64,000 nt of DNA from Nitrospira lenta (GTDB lineage Bacteria; Nitrospirota; Nitrospiria; Nitrospirales; Nitrospiraceae), in NCBI GenBank assembly GCA_945905765.1, contig CAMDPZ010000002.1:3123-67122 (forward strand). Reading direction: 5' to 3'. Position numbers and translations under genes: made by a program. Positions 59,895 through 64,000 of the stretch are shown here, one piece after another; the first letter of the stretch is position 1, and the number at the start of each line of letters is the position of its first letter. The notes beneath the pieces were generated by a model. That model was given only the letters and a program-made list of their open reading frames with translations, had not been told where the DNA came from and did no database searches.

Positions 59895-60036
59895 AGCACA
59901 TATCTTATCAAGTAATTCGCAACCAATTACTTTTCGTCGTCATTTTAGGGCAGAAGTGATAAAGTCATACCTGTGCTAAGGCATTGTTTCTTAACAAGTT
60001 TTAGCCATTTTTTAACATAAATTGAAAGGTAATTAA

Positions 60037-60846
60037 ATGACACAAATTAACAACAAAACTGTAGAAGTTAAAGCAAACGCCGTTGTAGCGCCTACAACAG
60101 AAGCCGTAATTAAGAAGGCTAATGAGTTAGTAGCCGCACGTGAAAAGTTTGAAACAACAATTTTGGCACGTAGCAACAAGGAGTTGTATGGAATTTTGGG
60201 GCAAGTACACGACTTGTTTCTTACTGCCTGCGACAGTACTGAGTGCTTAAAGGAAACAGTCAAGCAAATGAAGGCTGTGCTGGCCAAGCGCAAAGTCAAA
60301 GTGCAAAGCAACTCTCCCGCACTAACTGTATTTGTCCGCTATGTGTTTAACAGCGACAGAAAGCGTGCCTATAACTACACACGCACTCTAATGGCGGCTA
60401 TTAAAGACAAAAGCGAAAACGAAACCCTAGCTGAGTTTATTGAAAGCAAAGGCGGCGTAGAGGAGTGCAAGAAGAACTTCGCTAAGAAACCTGAAACACT
60501 AGCAAAGGAAATTGCACTTAAAGACGCTATTGCTGACTCCTTTATGGCACTTGAAGGCTTAATGCCAAAAGAAACAGTAGCGCTACCTAACTCTAGTGTC
60601 CATTTTAACGACGGTTGCACATACGCCTTTGTATTGGCGCGACAAAACGCTAATAACGAATTGGAGTTATTGCGGACTGTGCCAACAACTACTAAGGCTA
60701 TGGAAAATGCCGCTTTGAAAGAAGTTGCTAAGGACTTGTTAAAGCGACGTGAAGCCGCCAACGACTCTAGCAAAGAGAAAGACAAACTCAAAGCCAGTGC
60801 CATTGCTGTAGCCAGTATGTCGGTAAAAGAATTAGAAGCGGCTTAA
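60037..60846 (+). CDS. hypothetical, predicted mostly helical protein (269 aa)
   Basis: Clean ORF rich in Lys/Glu/Ala. No motif recognised. It lies 64 nt upstream of the AAA+ gene. Confidence 0.55.
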   Translation: MTQINNKTVEVKANAVVAPTTEAVIKKANELVAAREKFETTILARSNKELYGILGQVHDLFLTACDSTECLKETVKQMKAVLAKRKVKVQSNSPALTVFVRYVFNSDRKRAYNYTRTLMAAIKDKSENETLAEFIESKGGVEECKKNFAKKPETLAKEIALKDAIADSFMALEGLMPKETVALPNSSVHFNDGCTYAFVLARQNANNELELLRTVPTTTKAMENAALKEVAKDLLKRREAANDSSKEKDKLKASAIAVASMSVKELEAA

Positions 60847-60910
60847 TTTTTTTTATTAGGGGCTGGCAACCCCTACCCATTTAACTCAAAACCAAATTAA
60901 AGGAATTTTT

Positions 60911-61624
60911 ATGTACAAACCTAATAACTATGGCAAGTTTATTGACACAGAAAGAAAATATTCGCCAGCATTCATTGGCGACTTTATTTTTCCTAATGCC
61001 CATGTCAAAAGTGTCATTACAGCCTATGCAAGCGGAGAAGTAACCCGCCCCTTAATTCTTTGCGGCAGGAATGGCACAGGCAAGTCACTTATTGCCAAGC
61101 TACTTCCAAAAGCAATTGAAGGTATGGAGAAGGTAGTTACAAGTTATATCAAGCCCTATGAATTGAATAGCGACAAAGAGGTTGACAAACTAATTTCACG
61201 TAACAAGTTGTTTGACACTTTTTTTTCAACCAATGGACAACGTTATAGCTATTACATTATTGAGGAAATGAATTTCCGCATTGGCGGGCATAACTCGTTT
61301 CGTACTGCTATAGACAATTACGCAGGCATTGACTTAACCATTATTACAACGAATGAAATTGCCCAAATTGACAAAGGCATTAGAAGTCGCTGTGAAGTTC
61401 TTGAAGTACCTGCCTGTACTCCCGCAGTCTTTTTCCCTCACGCAAAACGCATTATGGAAAAAGAAGGCATTGGAATTGAAGACAACGCACTCTTGGCGGC
61501 ACTAGAAACTAGCTATGTCATAGCGGCTGATAACAGAGGCTATTACAAAGTGCTGGACGGCTTGTTTAGAGACTTCAATTTGGCACAGGAAGACAGGAAG
61601 CAAATGCAAGAAACTTTGGCATAA
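60911..61624 (+). CDS. clamp-loader-like (T4 gp44 / RFC small-subunit-like) AAA+ ATPase, short form (237 aa)
   Basis: RFC box II-like ERKYSPAFIGDFIFP, Walker A GRNGTGKS, Walker B YYIIEEMN, sensor-1 IITTN, SRC motif IRSRCEVLEV. Confidence 0.7.
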   Translation: MYKPNNYGKFIDTERKYSPAFIGDFIFPNAHVKSVITAYASGEVTRPLILCGRNGTGKSLIAKLLPKAIEGMEKVVTSYIKPYELNSDKEVDKLISRNKLFDTFFSTNGQRYSYYIIEEMNFRIGGHNSFRTAIDNYAGIDLTIITTNEIAQIDKGIRSRCEVLEVPACTPAVFFPHAKRIMEKEGIGIEDNALLAALETSYVIAADNRGYYKVLDGLFRDFNLAQEDRKQMQETLA

Positions 61625-61663
61625 ACGCCTACATTTCTTTCCCTCTATAGCAACAGCAAGTTG

Positions 61664-61692
61664 AAGCCTACCCTATGCGGTAGGCTTTTTTT
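61664..61692 (+). terminator. rho-independent terminator after the AAA+ gene
   Basis: aagcctacc-ctatgc-ggtaggctt followed by a T tract. Confidence 0.8.
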
Positions 61693-61733
61693 CGACTACC
61701 ATTAATGTAACTTTTAGCACTAACGGGGACTTT

Positions 61734-62057
61734 ATGGCAGGCGAGTACAACAATGACTGGAATAGCGTGCCAAACACGCACCCGAATGCCAAGCCAGAGT
61801 CTTACAGGCAAGTTAAGAACGTGCTTGCTGTACTCATACACGAGGGCTTTCTGCGTGGTAGCACGTTTAGAGACTGCTACTTTGAAGTTGCTGACTGCCA
61901 ACAACCTTTTGACACATTTGACGGCAAGACAAGGGTAGAAGTACAAGTCTTATGGTTTGGTAGAAAGCCAGCTACAACTTGGGCGCACATAACTCTTAAT
62001 AACAAATATGAATTACTTCGCAACTATAGCGGTGAAGTAGTAAATAACATTTCATAA
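61734..62057 (+). CDS. hypothetical small protein (107 aa) immediately upstream of the nuclease gene
   Basis: ORF preceded by GGGGA. Its stop is 6 nt before the next ATG. There is no HTH-like segment, so it does not look like a classical C (controller) protein. Confidence 0.5.
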   Translation: MAGEYNNDWNSVPNTHPNAKPESYRQVKNVLAVLIHEGFLRGSTFRDCYFEVADCQQPFDTFDGKTRVEVQVLWFGRKPATTWAHITLNNKYELLRNYSGEVVNNIS

Positions 62058-62063
62058 ATTACC

Positions 62064-63053
62064 ATGACAAAACAAACAAAAAAAAGACTACCTTCACTAC
62101 CTAGCCTACTTGATAGAAAAATATATAAAACAGGGCAAACTAGAGGCGCTGACGACGACGAGATTTTTCAAAATCGAGTATCGAGAAATGGTACCGTCTT
62201 AATTCCCTACAGCGTTGTTAAACAAGTATTCGCTTCCTTGCCAAAGGGTGAAAGTTTTGAAAAGGGATATATCGTCCTCATTTCTCCAAAACAGTATTTT
62301 GAAAATAAAAATATCGCTATAGAGTTGAAGCAATTAGATTTGTCTTTAGGAGTAAATCTACTAATTTTTTACGAAGTGCGAGAGGACTGGAATTTATATT
62401 CTCCAGATACTAAAGGCCTGTCGCCTGCTACAAGCAGGACTCAACCTCTTGGCGGAGAATTTGTTGCAAGAATTCCAGCCACTACCTCAACGGGTAATGG
62501 ACAAAAAATTTCATTAGGTTTTCATACAACAAAACCCAAAGGCGCTGGCATTAGATTTTATGAGTACGCCACTGAAAAAATGACAACTGACTGTCGGATA
62601 CAGTTGGAAACATTATTTTGGCTATGTTATGACTCAAAAAATGTTTCATTAGCGAATGGTATGACAGAAGAAAACTCCAATCTTCGTAGAGAAAGCATAT
62701 TAGGCATTGCTACAGCTAATGGCTTGCTTGATTATAAAAAACTTATTTCCTCCAGAATTATTGATAGAGAACACAAAACAATTTGCCCATTGTGTCTTGA
62801 AAAACTTTCTTCAACAGGTTTTTTTAATAAAATGGAACAGGCCGAAGGAAGGGAAGTATCGGATTTAACAATTACCCAATTAAATCTTTTCCATATTAAT
62901 GAACTACGACTTGGGGAGTTAAATCACACCACGTACAACTTAGGCTGGGGGCATCACCACTGTAACGTAGTTGTTAAAGATGCTGGAATAATTCCTACAC
63001 TTGAATGGATGGATAAAGTTGTTAGAAAAAATAAAGAGTCTGGCTATTTGTAA
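62064..63053 (+). CDS. putative type II restriction endonuclease with a C-terminal Cys/His beta-beta-alpha-Me (HNH-like) motif
   Basis: C-terminal ...HKTICPLCLEKL...LFHINELRLGELNHTTYNLGWGHHHCNVVV... It is convergent with a DNA methyltransferase gene and overlaps it by 10 nt. Confidence 0.55.
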   Translation: MTKQTKKRLPSLPSLLDRKIYKTGQTRGADDDEIFQNRVSRNGTVLIPYSVVKQVFASLPKGESFEKGYIVLISPKQYFENKNIAIELKQLDLSLGVNLLIFYEVREDWNLYSPDTKGLSPATSRTQPLGGEFVARIPATTSTGNGQKISLGFHTTKPKGAGIRFYEYATEKMTTDCRIQLETLFWLCYDSKNVSLANGMTEENSNLRRESILGIATANGLLDYKKLISSRIIDREHKTICPLCLEKLSSTGFFNKMEQAEGREVSDLTITQLNLFHINELRLGELNHTTYNLGWGHHHCNVVVKDAGIIPTLEWMDKVVRKNKESGYL

Positions 63054-64000
63054 GCTAATGCCATTTGTAATTTTTCTTCTTTCTTAATTTTTTTAACTTC
63101 TTCTTTTGTTTCTTTTTGTATCTTTTCCATAGTTATTGAAGAAATTCGTTCTGCCCATACTGAATCCAACTCTATAGAAATACACTTCCGTTTAGTTTTT
63201 AATGCGGCAATTTGCGTTGAACCCGAACCTGCAAAGCAATCTAAAACTATATCGTCTTCGTAGGTTGTCGCTTCAATTGCATGTACAAGCATCGAAATTG
63301 GTTTTTCTGCTGGGTGCTTACCGCTATATGGCCTTACTGTTGGAAAATTCCAAACATCTGTAAACTCGATTTGTCCATTGACATTAAATGGGCGTATTAA
63401 ATCTTCATACGGAAGCATTGAGGTTACTTTTCCACTGTCCAATATTGCCGCACATATTTTTTCATACTGTTCTTTGCTGGGAACATTTCTGCCTGCCTCC
63501 CAATTCGATACTGCACCGCCATGGTTTACCTTTCCATAAGCGCCTGTTAACTCAGTAAGCTGGTGTCCACTCAGCCCAGCCTGCTTTCGTTTTTCTTTTA
63601 AATAAAGTCCATACCAAGATTTAAATATATTTCCTTCGAATGAAGGTTCTGCAAAAATAATTCTTTCGGTATGTTCATACCACTGTCTCAACGACTCCTT
63701 TTTCATTTTTTGTTTCCAGCCGTCAAAACCTGGTTCATTCGGCTTAGTCCAGACAATATTTGACAAGACATTAAATTCTTTTCTAAACACAACCTCAAGC
63801 CTTGAAGACATTGTTGCAGAACAATAGCAAAAAATTGCGCCATTTTTTTTAAGCACTCTTTTCCATTCCGTTACATACTCTCCCATCCAATTTAAAAAAT
63901 CTATATCTTCATTAAAAGATGTGTCACCTTTAATATTTTTCTTTTTGGTTGAGTGATATGGAGGGTCAGTTAGGACTAATGAAATTGATTCTGAAGGAAT
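63044..64000 (-). CDS. beta-class N6-adenine (or N4-cytosine) DNA methyltransferase with an embedded XRE-type HTH; 5' end outside the window
   Basis: My translation of the reverse complement of 63887-64000 gives IPSESISLVLTDPPYHSTKKKNIKGDTSFNEDIDFLNW in frame with the track ORF (MGEYVTEW...). Motif IV is DPPY and motif I is VLDCFAGSGSTQIAA. The inserted HTH is KRKQAGLSGHQLTELTG...AVSNWEAGRNVPSKEQYEKI. Confidence 0.85.
   Translation of the reverse strand: MPSESISLVLTDPPYHSTKKKNIKGDTSFNEDIDFLNWMGEYVTEWKRVLKKNGAIFCYCSATMSSRLEVVFRKEFNVLSNIVWTKPNEPGFDGWKQKMKKESLRQWYEHTERIIFAEPSFEGNIFKSWYGLYLKEKRKQAGLSGHQLTELTGAYGKVNHGGAVSNWEAGRNVPSKEQYEKICAAILDSGKVTSMLPYEDLIRPFNVNGQIEFTDVWNFPTVRPYSGKHPAEKPISMLVHAIEATTYEDDIVLDCFAGSGSTQIAALKTKRKCISIELDSVWAERISSITMEKIQKETKEEVKKIKKEEKLQMALAYK

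Larger units (their letters stand above)
56415..64000. mobile_element. low-GC foreign segment (genomic island / integrated element, or a chimeric assembly join); right end outside the window
   Basis: An abrupt and sustained drop in GC and a change in codon usage begin at about 56410-56420, inside the pilY1 frame. The segment contains a tyrosine recombinase, an R-M pair and orphan genes. The left boundary is accurate to about 15 nt at best. Confidence 0.65.

Overview
The window has two very different parts. Positions 1 to about 56410 are GC-rich bacterial chromosome, roughly 60% GC judged by eye and not computed. The gene content has a Nitrospira/Nitrospirota-like flavour, which is a guess I cannot verify without a database. 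This part carries: (i) a tightly coupled operon of one secreted protein plus five consecutive HEAT-repeat proteins; (ii) ugd, a CBS-domain gene, a fused membrane/spermidine-synthase-like gene and several small redox proteins; (iii) the conserved rimP-nusA-infB-DUF503-rbfA-truB-rpsO-pnp-M16 peptidase block; (iv) mutS-tsaE-nnr-pdxJ on the minus strand; (v) an aspartate-family amino-acid operon (aminotransferase, hom, thrC, ApgM-like proposed homoserine kinase, lysC, cimA); (vi) ihfA, a merR-like gene, tRNA-Pro(GGG), surE, dedA, cysS and rlmB; (vii) a large type IV pilus locus with pilD, two tandem minor-pilin sets, a pilB/gspE ATPase, a pilin gene behind a sigma-54-like promoter, and a vWA-PilY1 gene. 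At about 56410-56420 the composition drops abruptly to roughly 35-45% GC by eye and the PilY1 reading frame is cut off. From there to the window end lies foreign-looking DNA. It holds a FimB/FimE-like catalytic-domain-only tyrosine recombinase next to an ORF-poor, hairpin-dense spacer of about 1 kb bracketed by a 16-bp inverted repeat (candidate invertible switch). It also holds several unknown proteins, an orphan T4-gp44/RFC-like AAA+ ATPase in a two-gene cassette, and a convergent restriction-modification pair (HNH-like nuclease plus DPPY methyltransferase with an embedded XRE-type HTH, running off the window). The best candidates for something undescribed are the recombinase/inverted-repeat switch and the AAA+ cassette in this low-GC segment. 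A chimeric assembly join at about 56.4 kb is a real alternative and must be excluded first. All family calls are made by eye from motifs in the supplied translations; no searches were run.
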